NCBI GenBank assembly: GCA_964016885.1
Contig: OZ024741.1
Location: 395,808,001-395,872,000, forward strand
From: Eledone cirrhosa
Lineage: Eukaryota
DNA: 64,000 nt
Direction of reading: 5' to 3'
Part shown: piece after piece, positions 28,265 through 41,568 of the stretch
Layout of the letters: each line of letters begins with the position of its first letter
Numbering within the stretch: position 1 is the stretch's first letter
Made by a program: the position numbers and the translations under genes
The notes under the pieces: generated by a model
What the model saw: the letters and a program-made list of their open reading frames with translations, nothing else
Databases searched by the model: none
What the model was told of the DNA's origin: nothing

Positions 28265-31200
28265 GTGGGAGGAGTGTATATATATATGTGGGGGTATAAA
28301 TATATATATATGTGTGTGTGTGTATGTGTGTATGTATACATATGTGTGTGTGTATGTGTGTGTATGTGTGTGTGCGTGCACATACAGATTTCTTAGTATT
28401 TGTTTTGAACTATATTTAAACGAAATAATTTTCCAGATGCTTCTTACTGGGGAGAGTGGCGAAGCTGGAGCAACTGCTCATCAAACTGTCAAAACCAGAC
28501 GAGAAATAGAATTAGGTAAATTTTATTCTAATTCCATATCTGTGTCCATGCTTTTCTCACACTCTCTCTCGCTCTCTCTCTCACAGACTCTCTCTCTCTC
28601 TCTCACTCTCTCTCTCTCTCTCACTGACTCTCTCTCTCTCACTCTCACTCTCTCTCTCACTCTCTCACTCTCTCTCTCACTCTCTCTCTCACTCTCTCTC
28701 CTTCTCTCTCACACACACAGACTCTTTCTCACTCTCTCTCTCTCTCTCTCTCAAAATCTCTCTCACTTTCTGTCCTCTCTCTCTCTCACTCACTCACTCT
28801 CTCAATCTCAATCTCTATATATTTATCTCCCTCTCTCTCCCTCTTACTCCAACCTACTCTCCCCCCTCTCTCTATCTCTCCTTCACTCACTCTCGTTCTC
28901 TATCACTCTTTCAACAAGCTTGACTCCCGTGGCAATGGTTTAGTTTGTAGTGGTTCATAATACATTCACAAACCACCATAACCTTCTAGAATAGAAATTA
29001 GGAAATAAGTTTTAACCCTTTAGCATTTAAACCGGCCATATCCGGCTGGAATTCTCTCACGTCTTTCTATTCAAACCAGCTGTCACTGACCACTCATACT
29101 GATGTTAAGGTATTGTTCTCAAAATGAATAATATGAACATCTCATGAATTCGATATTTTATGAGATAATTATGTGAGGCAAAGTCTTTACCATGAAAATA
29201 CAATAGTATATATAGAGTAATGTAAATGTTATGTGAGATATTATGTGAGGTAAAGCCTTAACTGTGACAATACAATAGTATATATAGAGTAATGTAAATA
29301 TTATGTGAGGTAAAGCCTTAACTGTGACAATACAATAGTATATATAGAGTAATGTAAATGTTATGTGAGATATTATGTGAGGTAAAGCCTTAACTGTGAC
29401 AATACAATAGTATATATAGAGTAATGTAAATATTATGTGAGGTAAAGCCTTAACTGTGACAATACAATAGTATATATAGAGTAATGTAAATGTTATGTGA
29501 GATATTATGTGAGGTAAAGCCTTAACTGTGACAATACAATAGTATATATAGAGTAATGTAAATATTATGTGAGGTAAAGCCTTAACTGTGACAATACAAT
29601 AGTATATATAGAGTAATGTAAATGTTATGTGAGATATTATGTGAGGTAAAGCCTTTACTGTGAAAATACAATAGTATATATAGAGTAATGTAAATGTTAT
29701 GTGAGATATTATGTGAGGTAAAGCCTTAACTGTGACAATACAATAGTATATATAGAGTAATGTAAATATTATGTGAGGTAAAGCCTTAACTGTGACAATA
29801 CAATAGTATATATAGAGTAATGTAAATGTTATGTGAGATATTATGTGAGGTAAAGCCTTTACTGTGAAAATACAATAGTATATATAGAGTAATGTAAATG
29901 TTATGTGAGATATTATGTGAGGTAAAGCCTTAACTGTGACAATACAATAGTATATATAGAGTAATGTAAATGTTATGTGAGATATTATGTGAGGTAAAGC
30001 CTTTACTGTGAAAATACAATAGTATATATAGAGTAATGTAAATGTTATGTGAGATATTATGTGAGGCAAAGTCTTTACCATGAAAATACAATAGTATATA
30101 GAGAGTAATGTAAATGTTATGTGAGATATTATGTGAGGTAAAGCCTTTACGGTGACAATACAATAGTATATATAGAGTAATGTAAATGTTATGTGAGATA
30201 TTATGTGAGGTAAAGCCTTTACGGTGAAAATACAATAGTATATATAGAGTGGTTTCTTTATTTGCCACTAGGGCACAAAAGGTAGGGACAGATACAAGGG
30301 GGGAAGTTTACATATAATTAACGAGTACAAAAATATAACAATGAAATAACAACAACAAACGAAGTCCTCAATAGGGAGGGGGCATTAACATGGGTCGCAC
30401 ACACCCCGGAAAAAATGTGTAACCCTTCTCCTCAGGAGCACAAAGAGTAGGTGCTTCCCTCGTCTCCTCTTTTTCCTCTTCTTTCACCTACAGGCTGATA
30501 TAGAGAGAAGACCCATTCACTCTGGCCATTCTCCCTACTTTCACCCACCTTTCATAAAACTTGCTGGGGTAGAGCACCTCTCTCTCCATTCTGATCCTTC
30601 TTTTAAAATGGTATTTGAAAAAGGGGACCAGTTGTTGGCCGGAGAGAAAGGTGTCTGACCTCAGCCCTTTCAGCCTCGTCCACCATACAACTTCTTTAGC
30701 CATGGCTACCACACAGAGAAAAACCGCCTCTCCTTCGTTTTTGAAAGGGGGAGGCGGTTTGATCGTGACAATGGACTCGGTGGTCAACCGGATTGGTCCC
30801 ACCCTCGACAGTAGTCGTTCCACATAGCCCCACAGGTCAGCAATGCCTGGGCAGTGTACGAATGCGTGCGCAACGGTTTCGTCATCATGCACGCATCTCG
30901 GACAGATCTTATTCAAAAGATCTCTACCCAGGCTCCCATGCCTGTGGAGCTTGTCTCGAACGGGTAGAGCCCCTCGGTAGCACTGCCAAGCCAGGGACTT
31001 TTGGAAGTTGTCCATCGGTCCAGGGCCAAACGTCCTACCGAACAGACTGGCCAGTTCATCTTCCTCCATGCCTAGAGCTTCTCCGAGAGCATCGTCGCAC
31101 CTGCTGCGTACCAACCCTCTATAGAATGTCGACGTGGAGTCTCCACTGATTGCCGGGTCCGCTTTCCAGAGGGCCGTGAGCGCCTGGGCACATTCAATGT

Positions 31201-34200
31201 GCCAGTCGCCCACTTTTCTCGGTCTTTGCTTGACCCAGGATTGCAGCTCGGTGAGCGAGACGAGTCTGGGAAAGGCTCGCCTCACAAACGGGGCCCACAC
31301 CGGTTGACCGGTGAGGAATACCTGGAGGTGCCGTAGCCTTAATGCGTGTTTACGCATCTGTAGCCACGGCATCCCCAGCCCTCCTTTCGAAGGGTGTTGA
31401 CAGCAGATGGATCTCTTCACCAAAGGGGTCCGCTTGTTCCAAAGAAATTGGAACAGCGCGCACTCCATTTTGGCGAGTCTTTTCACTGGGCAAGGCACGA
31501 CGGTCAAGCGGTAGTAGATGACGGATGCTATATAAGTATTCGCCACCTCCGCTCGACCTTTCAGGGATAGTTTGCACTGGGCCCACTTCTGGGTGAGTGC
31601 AAACGCCCTGGCCGTTACCTCGTTCCAGTTTTTCTCCACCTGGAGGTCTGGTCCGAACCAGACCCCAAGCAGCTTCACCGGGCCCTCCGTCCAGCGTCCG
31701 ACGACGTCGTTGGAGGGCATCGGTTTGCCTCTCCATGTTCCGAGTTGCAAACCGACGGACTTGTCCCGGTTCAGCTTGGCTCCTGTAAACCTTTCATATT
31801 CCTCCAGTAAGGTGCCGATCTCACCGATTTGCGAGGTTTTCGACACCATTACTGTCACGTCATCGGCGTAGGCCGACGCCGCTTTCTGCAATCCCGGTTC
31901 CAAAGGGATGCCCTGCAACCGCTCCAACTTCCGCAGTAGTGGCTCAAGAGCCAGCACATACAGTAGGGAGGAGAGAGGGCATCCCTGTCGGATGGATCGC
32001 ATGATTTGGAACGGCTCCGAGAGGTGGCCGTTCACCTTGACCCTTGAGCAGACGTTGCTGCTGTGCATCGCAGCAATCCAACCCCTGAAAACGGGTCCGA
32101 AGCCTGCCGCCGCAAGCACCGCATCCAGGTAACGATGGTCAACCCTATCGAAAGCTTTAGATTGATCCAAGTTGATCAGGGCCCCACCAAAGCCGGGTTC
32201 ATTCCCTACCCTCTCTATGATGTATCGCATAAGGTGGAGATTGTCGTGAATGGACCTGGACGGGATTGCGCATGTCTGCGCTTCTCCCACCAGGTTTCCA
32301 ACGACAAGCGCCAACCTCTTCGCTAACACCTTGGCCAAAATCTTTAACTCTGTATTTAGCAGAGTTATGGGCCTGAAGTTACTTATGTCATCCCCCTTGT
32401 TCTCATCCTTCCTCACCAGGGAGCTACGCCCTTGGTCACAGAACTGGGAATTCTCCCGTTCTGCTGCCAGTTGCAGTAGACCGCTTCGAGGATATCGGAG
32501 AACAAGTCCGGCATCGCTACATATAGCTCGTATGGTAGACCATCGAGACCCGGGGATTTGCGTTTGCCGCATTGGTTCAGCGCCGCCCCTATCTCAGCAG
32601 CTGAAATCGTCCTTTCGCAGGACTTCGCCTCCGCGTCCGAGAGGCGCGGCAGACCGTCGAGGTATGGATTGAAATCCATAGTCTCACCCGGCGCGCCGCC
32701 CCTCTCGAACAGTCGTGCAAAGTGCCGCTGAAAGGCCGCACACATCTGCCCAGGTTCAAGGATCACACGCCCATCCTGGTCCTTCAAAGACCGAATCGTG
32801 GACTTCTTCCCACTTTTTGCCTCTGTCACTCGGGCCCAGCTCACAGCTTTGGCTCCCTCATTACCCAGAGCACGTATTTTACTCCTGACAACGCAGCCTT
32901 CATGCTTCACCTCAAAGAACTGGTCTAAGGCCATTCTTGATGCCAGCACGCCGGCTACATTGCCACTCCTAATCGCCTCTTCTACTCTATCTACTAATTC
33001 CCTTTCCGTCTTGTTCCTATCCCTTGCTAATTCCTGACTAAAACCTATCGATTCTATTCTAATTGCTCTCTTAAGAGAGCTCCACCACCTGTTGTTGACA
33101 ATTGCCCCTGTCAAACTCTGCTTAACTAACGTGCTAATCCGTTTACTGTAAGCTTTGCTTCTCGGTAAGGACAAGTTCAGCTTCCAGTAACCGGGTCCCT
33201 GTCTATGGGTTCTATCAAGGTTGGCTATGCAGGTCACTAACTTGTGATCCGAATAGTCAACCATGAACATTTTTGGACAGCTAAATGTGTCCCTATCGTT
33301 CTCTCTAACTAGGACCCTATCTAGGTACGACCTAGATGTTCCACTGCGATTGGTCCACGTCCATAGTGGTACAGTCGGAAAATCTAGTCGATATCTATCG
33401 GCCAGGTCAAATCGGCCGATTAACCTTTTGAGGCTTTTACACCCCCCTCTATTGGCACATGCCCCTACATAGTCCCAACGTGCATCCAGGATACCATTCC
33501 AGTCCCCCACTAAAAGCAAGGAGCGGGACGTTCCCAGAAAAGTTTCCAGACGTTGGAAGTATTCCGGCCGCGCTGCCCAAAAAGGGGCGTACACAGCTAT
33601 TAGTCTAAGGGCTCCACTTTCACTACTGCCGACGTCTAAAACCACCAGTCGACCCTCCGGGTCCAGGTGCACCTTCTGTATGGCGAGGCCCAGGTGTTTT
33701 CGCAGCAGAACAACAACTCCACCCCCACCCCCGGTTGACAGAGAGATGCGAAGATCTCAAAGTCGTCGAAGAGGGGCGCCAGTTGGTGCTCGCTGCTGAT
33801 CCTGGACTCGCAAATAGCCATTACATCCATTCTATGCGACCTGAGATCGTTTAAAAGTTTGCCTTGTTTCCAAGACAGTCCCAGGCCACGTACATTCAGA
33901 CACCCAACTCTTATATCAGCCATGTTGGTTAAAAGAGGAAGGACCTACCTGTTCGGCTCCTGGGGAGCAGGTTGCACAATATCCATGGGCGTATTGGAGG
34001 GGTTGTTTGGTGGGGTGTTGTTCTGTGGTGGAGTGGGGGTGTTTGGTGAGGTGTGGGTGGGGAAACGTTTCAAGAGGACGCGGTTATAGGGTCGAGTACA
34101 TGTTTTCCCCACGTCCTCAGGAAAGTTCCCTCTTAGTTTTGCATAGGTGTCCATTGGGAGTCTTATCATTTTTAAATGCGGTTTGTTGGCCGCGCTTGCA

Positions 34201-36463
34201 AAGAATTGCCCTTCAGTTTCCACCGAAGGGTCTTTGTGTATTGTTTTTACTAGTTCTTTGTTCTTTGTGTTAATGTATGTATACTGTTTTATTTGTGTTG
34301 TGTTTGTTTGTTGTTCTTGTGTGTGCTTACGTTTTGTTGTATGTGTTATGTTTTGGGGTGGGGCGGATTTTGTTTGTTCTGTTTGTTTTGTTTTTGTTGG
34401 TGGTTGTGTGTTTGTTTCGTTTATGTTCGAGTGGTGCTTTCTTTTTTTCCTTTTTACAGGTTGGAAGGGTTCCCTCTCTTCGTCACTAGGTGCCGTTTCC
34501 GCTGGGTCCTCGTCCGTGCTGTCGGGTAGTGGTGTGTTTTGGGGTTTTGTTGTATTTGTGTGTGTTTTGGGAGTTGTTTTGGGTGGGGCCGTGTCTTGTG
34601 TTATTTTTCCCTGTTGTTTTTGTTGTTGTTGTGGTGGTGGAGGTGGTGGTGGTGGTGGTGGTGGCGGTGGTGGTGTGTGGGGTGTAGGCAAAAGAGCCTT
34701 TTTTTTTGTCAATTGAGGACAAGCAGCCCTTAGATGACCCCTGCTTGAACAGTAGTAACATATGGGCCTCCTACCCTCGGCTGAAATATATATAAATGTT
34801 TCTCCATCGAGGGACACCCTCTGTGGTATTCTAGCTATTCGTTCTGGTCTCATTTGGACCAGAACCTCCATGCTCAAACCGCCGAAAACGTCTGTGGTGA
34901 CTTCTCCTACTGAGAGGATTCCGTCCTCGTCTTCTAAAAATCCTGTTAGTACCCAGGAAATGCATGCATTTGGCCGGATTCCGGAGACCCTTATCTTCTG
35001 CGTTCTTTTCCCTAAATATGTGGGGAAAAATGTATGTAGCTTGGAAACAATTGGTGCCACAGAGTATTTCCTGGCCGTCAATTGATCCTTCATTAGGACC
35101 GTTATATTCCCATAGAGTGGCCCTTTTTGTATGAACGATATATCACTCCACACATTTTTTAGGACCAGCTCAATCTCTTTTTGGGATAATTGAGTTGGTT
35201 TCCTTGTTATGTTGGAAATTGTTCTGAAAGATATCGTTCTTAGCGTCGTGTCTCTTTTGATTTCTTGTGGGGAGGTGATTGTGAAGTCTCCTCCTTCTTT
35301 GAAAGTTACATACTGTTTCGCTTCCTTCATCTTTTCTCTCAGAGTTGTAATGTCCAGTTGCTTGCAGGTTTGTGTTTTCCGGACCGCCTGTGCAAAGGAG
35401 GCACCAGTAGTGGGTTCGCTTTGTTTGGTGTTATCGTTATTTTTTCCTTGGTTGGTGTTGTGACTATTGCTGTTATTGTCGTTGTTGTTTTTGTCTGCGT
35501 TTATGTGACTTTCTGGGTTTTCACCCATTTTTACAAATTTTTCTTTTAATTCCGTGTTCCATGTTTCTTTTGCAGAAGTCAGGAGGGAAGACTTAGAGCC
35601 TTGTGCTTCTAGCTTCTCTGTATCACCTTTCTTAGGGGGCGTGGCTTTCACGTTAGGATGAGATGTGAAAATTCCGTCCATTTCTATTAGTTTGCCGTAA
35701 TAAGTTTTTAACTGGAAAATTCGCCCCAAAAAGGGGCGAAAATAAATAAACTCAAAGTTTGACGACCAAGGCAAGGGGTTAACGTATATTACAGTATAAA
35801 AAAATTAATCAAAACTCACTTTTTGAGTAAGTAAATCCGACTCGGTAGCCGAGCTTGTTCACACACGTCAACACACGTCTCTCGTATACGAGATGTTATG
35901 TGAGATATTATGTGAGGTAAAGCCTTTACTGTGAAAATACAATAGTATATATAGAGTAATGTAAATGTTATGTGAGATATTATGTGAGGTAAAGCCTTAA
36001 CTGTGATAATACAATAGTATATATAGAGTAATGTAAATGTTATGTGAGATATTATGTGAGGTAAAGCCTTAACTGTGACAATACAATAGTATATATAGAG
36101 TAATGTAAATGTTATGTGAGATATTATGTGAGGTAAAGCCTTAACTGTGACAATACAATAGTATATATAGAGTAATGTAAATGTTATGTGAGATATTATG
36201 TGAGGAAAAGCCTTTACTGTGAAAATACAATAGTATATATAGAGTAATGTAAATGTTATGTGAGATATTATGTGAGGCAAAGTCTTTACCATGAAAATAC
36301 AATAGTATATATAGAGTAATGTAAATGTTATGTGAGATATTATGTGAGGTAAAGCCTTTACGGTGACAATACAATAGTATATATAGAGTAATGTAAATGT
36401 TAAAGGGTTAAACTGTTAATGACAGCAATAGTTGACTAGTACTACTATACTACTACTACTACT

Positions 36464-36510
<47 letters not shown>

Positions 36511-36570
36511 CTCTACTACTACTACTACTACTTCCACTACTATTACTACTTCCACTACTACTACTACTAC

Positions 36571-36619
<49 letters not shown>

Positions 36620-38657
36620 TGTTTCTACTTTTGGCACAAGGCCAGCAATTACGCAATGCATTACTGGTACTTTATTTTATCGACCCCGGAAGGATGAAAG
36701 GCAAAGTTAAATAATAATAATAATAATAATAATACTAGTAAAGTATAAATAGTACGAGAACAGTGACTACCAACATCAATTACCATAACAACACAACAGT
36801 AACTTTATCCCACTGGCTAATACTGTCATATCTCAGTTGTTAAAGTTGATAATATTCCACATATATCTTTGGTAAACTTTCTTATAATTGAATTATTTTA
36901 ATAGTTTCCATTGTGTGGGTGTCAAATACAGACTAAATACATTGAGTGTCTGTCAAATACAGACTAAATACATTGAGTGTCTGTCAAATAGAGACTAAAT
37001 AACATTGAGTGTCTGTCAAATACAGACTAAATACATTGAGTGTCTGTCAAATAGAGACTAAATAACATTGAGTGTCTGTCAAATACAGACTAAATACATT
37101 GAGTGTCTGTCAAATACAGATTAAATAACATTGAGTGTCTGTCAAATACAGACTAAATACATTGAGTGAGTGTCAAATACAGATTAAATAACATTGAGTG
37201 TCTGTCAAATACAGACTAAATAACATTGAGTGTCTGTCAAATACAGATTAAATAACATTGAGTGTCTGTCAAATACAGACTAAATACATTGAGTGAGTGT
37301 CAAATACAGACTAAATACATTGAGTGTCTGTCAAATACAGACTAAATACATTGAGTGAGTGTCAAATACAGATTAAATAACATTGAGTGTCTGTCAAATA
37401 GAGACTAAATAACATTGAGTGTCTGTCAAATACAGACTAAATAACATTGAGTGTCTGTCAAATACAGACTAAATACATTGAGTGAGTGTCAAATACAGAC
37501 TAAATACATTGAGTGTCTGTCAAATACAGACTAAATAACATTGAGTGTCTGTCAAATGCAGATTAAATAACACTGAGTGTCTGTCAAATACAGACTAAAT
37601 AACACTGAGTGTCAGTCAAATACAGACTAAATAACATTGAGTGTCTGTCAATTACAGACTAGATAACATTGAGTGTCTGTCAAATACAGACTAAATAACA
37701 TTGAGTGAGTGTCAAATACAGACTAAATAACATTGAGTGTCTGTCAAATACAGACTAGATAACATTGAGTGTCTGTCAAATACAGACTAGATAACATTGA
37801 GTGTCTGTCAAATACAGACTAAATAACATTGAGTGTCTGTCAAATACAGACTAGATAACATTGAGTGTCTGTCAATTACAGACTAGATAACATTGAGTGT
37901 CTGTCAAATACAGACTAAATAACATTGAGTGTCTGTCAAATACAGACTAAATAACATTGAGTGAGTGTCAAATACAGACTAAATAACATTGAGTGTCTGT
38001 CAAATACAGACTAAATAACATTGAGTGTCTGTCAAATACAGACTAAATAACATTGAGTGTCTGTCAAATACAGACTAAATAACATTGAGTGTCTGTGATA
38101 CAAGGGCGAAAGTAAATTCATGCTAAGTACCGAAAATACAAAATTATATAAACCTTTATATGTGAAGAGATGTGTAAGATGTTTGTAAGATCGAGAAAAC
38201 CAAACGAGTATCAACGTTCATCTATAGATACCTCGTTGTCTAACGACAGCAACAGTTGACTGATAAAATGACAAGTCAGTCAATCATTGGTGGCCTCCCC
38301 CACAGCCCCGGCAGACAGAATGGAGAAGGTGTTTCCTCGGGGGACGGCAAGAGAGACGATGGAAAAGCCATTCCAATTCGCGAGGCTCACACCTGAGGCT
38401 GGCCAACTCAGCGCCTTTGGTGGTGAGTAGGGAGGTAACCCTAGGGCCGAGGACACCGGAAGTCTCCACTGCTTGCTTGACTGTGGAACCAAATAAAACA
38501 ATGTTCTGGTGATCTAAATTGATGCCTCAAAATAAAAATACTACTACTACTACTACAACTACTACTACTGCTACTACTACTATTGCTACTACTACTACTG
38601 TTACTACTACAACTACTACTACTACCACTACTACTACTACTACCACTACTACTACCA

Positions 38658-38730
<73 letters not shown>

Positions 38731-39109
38731 ATTCATCCATTTCTTGGTAGTGCCATAATAAAACCTTATCCCACCCAACCCAACAACTACTTCAGTTCTT
38801 CACCAGACAATTCTCTCTATCTTCCTCAATGTCTCTCTTTAATGTCTTCAGAGGTCTTCCATGTTTGTTTCACATTAGTGGGCTTCCATAGTTATATAAC
38901 TGATTCCTTGTCTCCCCTGACAAGTTGAAGACACCTGACATGGATGGTATGGTTAATGGGTATAGCAAGTTTGTTGCCTCTCCTGACATGACCTACAAGC
39001 TGAAGACACCTGACATGGATGGTAGATGGTATGGTTAATAGGTGCAACAGGATTGTTGCCTCTCCTGACATGACCTTCAAGTTGAAAATACCTGACATGG
39101 ATGGTATGG

Positions 39110-39165
<56 letters not shown>

Positions 39166-39293
39166 CAGGTTTATTGCCTCTCCTGGCATGACCTACAAGC
39201 TGAAGACACCTGACACAGATGGTATGATTAATGGGTATAGCAGGTTTGTTGCCTCTCCTGACATGACCTGCAAGTTGAGGATGGATGGTATGG

Positions 39294-39328
<35 letters not shown>

Positions 39329-39389
39329 AAGTTTGTTGCCTCTCCTGCCGTGACCTTCAAGTTTAAGACACCTGACACGGATGGTATAG

Positions 39390-39433
<44 letters not shown>

Positions 39434-40704
39434 AATGAGTTAAGAATAACGTGGTACAATAGGGTTTATTCAAAGTATTAACAATTGTTTCATTAGTCCG
39501 GTGTCTAAAAATTGCTGATAGCAAGATACTACGTCACTTGATTTTAATTACAGTCGATACCCGACCAAATCATCAGAATACTGATAATCTCTGAGTACTC
39601 ATAAACTCTACTTGGATTACCTTAAACGAATAGTAATATACACGAATGGCAAAACATAAATGAACTAGGTGAGAAATTAGGAATAAGAGGAATCAAATGC
39701 TGTTTACTCGAGAGAAGACTATGTTGGTATGGTCACGTGATTCTCATGAAAGACGACAGCTGTATAAAAAAGTGCAGGGCGATCAAAATTGAGGGAAGTT
39801 ACAGAGTAGGTAGACCCAGAAAAACCTGGGACGACTTGATAAATTCCAACCTTGCACACTTACACCTCTCTAAGGCAATGTCACAGGATCGAGATCTTTG
39901 GCGTCACGCAGTAATACAGAAGACCCGCCTTGCCTACGTGCAAAGTTTACCTACAGTCAGTAGGTACCTCCAAACCAAACACACTGCAACTCACTAACCC
40001 ACTCCATCCTCCCACTCCCACCAACACCATCCTTTCTCTGTAAAGTTATGTTGGTACCACAAAATCCAGTCCAAACTAATGAGGTCGTGTAGGTGTCACG
40101 ACAAAAAACACACAGTCCACGCTGTAATGTGGCCGTGTAGATAACACGGTAAAAACCTCCCAATCCGCACTGTAAACGTGGTTGGTGTTAGGAAGGGCAT
40201 CCAGCCGTAGAAAAGGTGCCAGATAGTCCTATATGAGCGAGACACGGTCACCAGACCAATATTGCCTCAAGTGGGACAACTCCCGCCTAACCCATGCTAG
40301 CGTGGAAGATACACATTAAACGATGATGATGATGATGATGATATCTTGTTAACTTATATCATCATTTCATTCATCATTTCATTTTACGTCCGCTTTTTCC
40401 CTGCTTGCAAGGGTGGGACGGGAACTGATACTGGCTTAATTTCTATAGCTGGATGCCCTTCCTAACACCAACCTCATTTACAGTGAGTGCTGGGTGCTTT
40501 TTTTTGCCGTGGCACCTCCACGACCACTTTGCAGTGGAATGATAAGGACCCTAGTCCTATCATCTCATTTCTACAGCTGAGTAAACTGGAGCAATGTGAA
40601 ATAAAGTGTCTTGCTCAAGGAAACAACACATCACCCGGTCTGAGAATTAAACTCACAACCTTTCGATTGCAAGGCCAATGCTCTAACCACTAAGCCTTGT
40701 GCCT

Positions 40705-40773
<69 letters not shown>

Positions 40774-41537
40774 TACATTCATACATACATACATACATAC
40801 ATACATACATACATACATACATACATACATACATACATACATACATACATACATACATACATACATACATACATGGTGGCTGCCAACTCGTTTTCGAGTA
40901 CGGCCACTACTTTATATCCATGTAGGAGAACTCCTACCGATGCGCTGAACGAGTGTGACTTTTTAGTCCACCCAGCGACTTGAAAACTCTGGTACAAACA
41001 CTACACTTGTGACAATTATTGACACATAGTGCTGGGCCCATGGTACCATGTGACGACAAGTGCAGAGACATCTCCAGATATGAAGCAATGCCTGTGCCGT
41101 GAAGCTTTTATAGTGAGCAAAGGCACTGCACAAAGCCAGTCCCACTCTCTTAACCAAGATGATATTTACCAAAAAGAAGAACAAGTCAACATCATTGGAT
41201 ACCATCAGAGTTGCAGGTGTTATATCAGAGTTTTCATTCTCCTAGAATTCTGCCTTGACAAAGGCTAAGGGGTCATCTCTCCCGGTGATTTTGGATGGCC
41301 ATTGACTCTTAAGAGCTCCTTTGCCCTTTGACAGGTTTTGTTTTTAGTCCTGCAGGATGTCCAAAGTCACCCTCCTCACCAAGAAACCTTGGTGGGGTTG
41401 CCAGTTTAGTCGCCAACGACCCGACCATGAGACAGGTTGTACTGGGATACATGTTACCAGTAGCACCAACTGGTGACCTGACATACATACATACATACTT
41501 ACATACATACATACATACATACATACTTACATAGATA

Positions 41538-41568
<31 letters not shown>

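Larger units (their letters stand above)
30251..35892 (-). mobile_element. Full-length Tx1-clade non-LTR retrotransposon, copy 1 (5642 bp)
   Basis: ORF1 with CCHC knuckle; ORF2 with APE endonuclease, RT and C-terminal CCHC; ends AATAAAGAAACC. Confidence 0.93.
29016..36407. mobile_element. TTAA-flanked piggyBac-type non-autonomous DNA transposon with amplified subterminal minisatellite, carrying a Tx1 insertion
   Basis: TTAA(29012-29015) CCCTTTAGCATTTA ... TAAATGTTAAAGGG TTAA(36408-36411): 14-bp TIR with one mismatch. Confidence 0.8.

Noticed and set aside
28152-28943. 263-aa ORF
   Set aside because: Made of (TG)/(TA)/(CT) microsatellites; the real TSP1 exon inside it is in another frame.
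29158-30268. Long ORFs in the 62-bp repeat (also 35816-36374 and 56536-57321)
   Set aside because: Translations of a minisatellite with periodic peptide and no splice or domain support.
36920-38096. 28-29 bp repeats as a CRISPR array
   Set aside because: Head-to-tail units without unique spacers, no cas genes, eukaryotic context.
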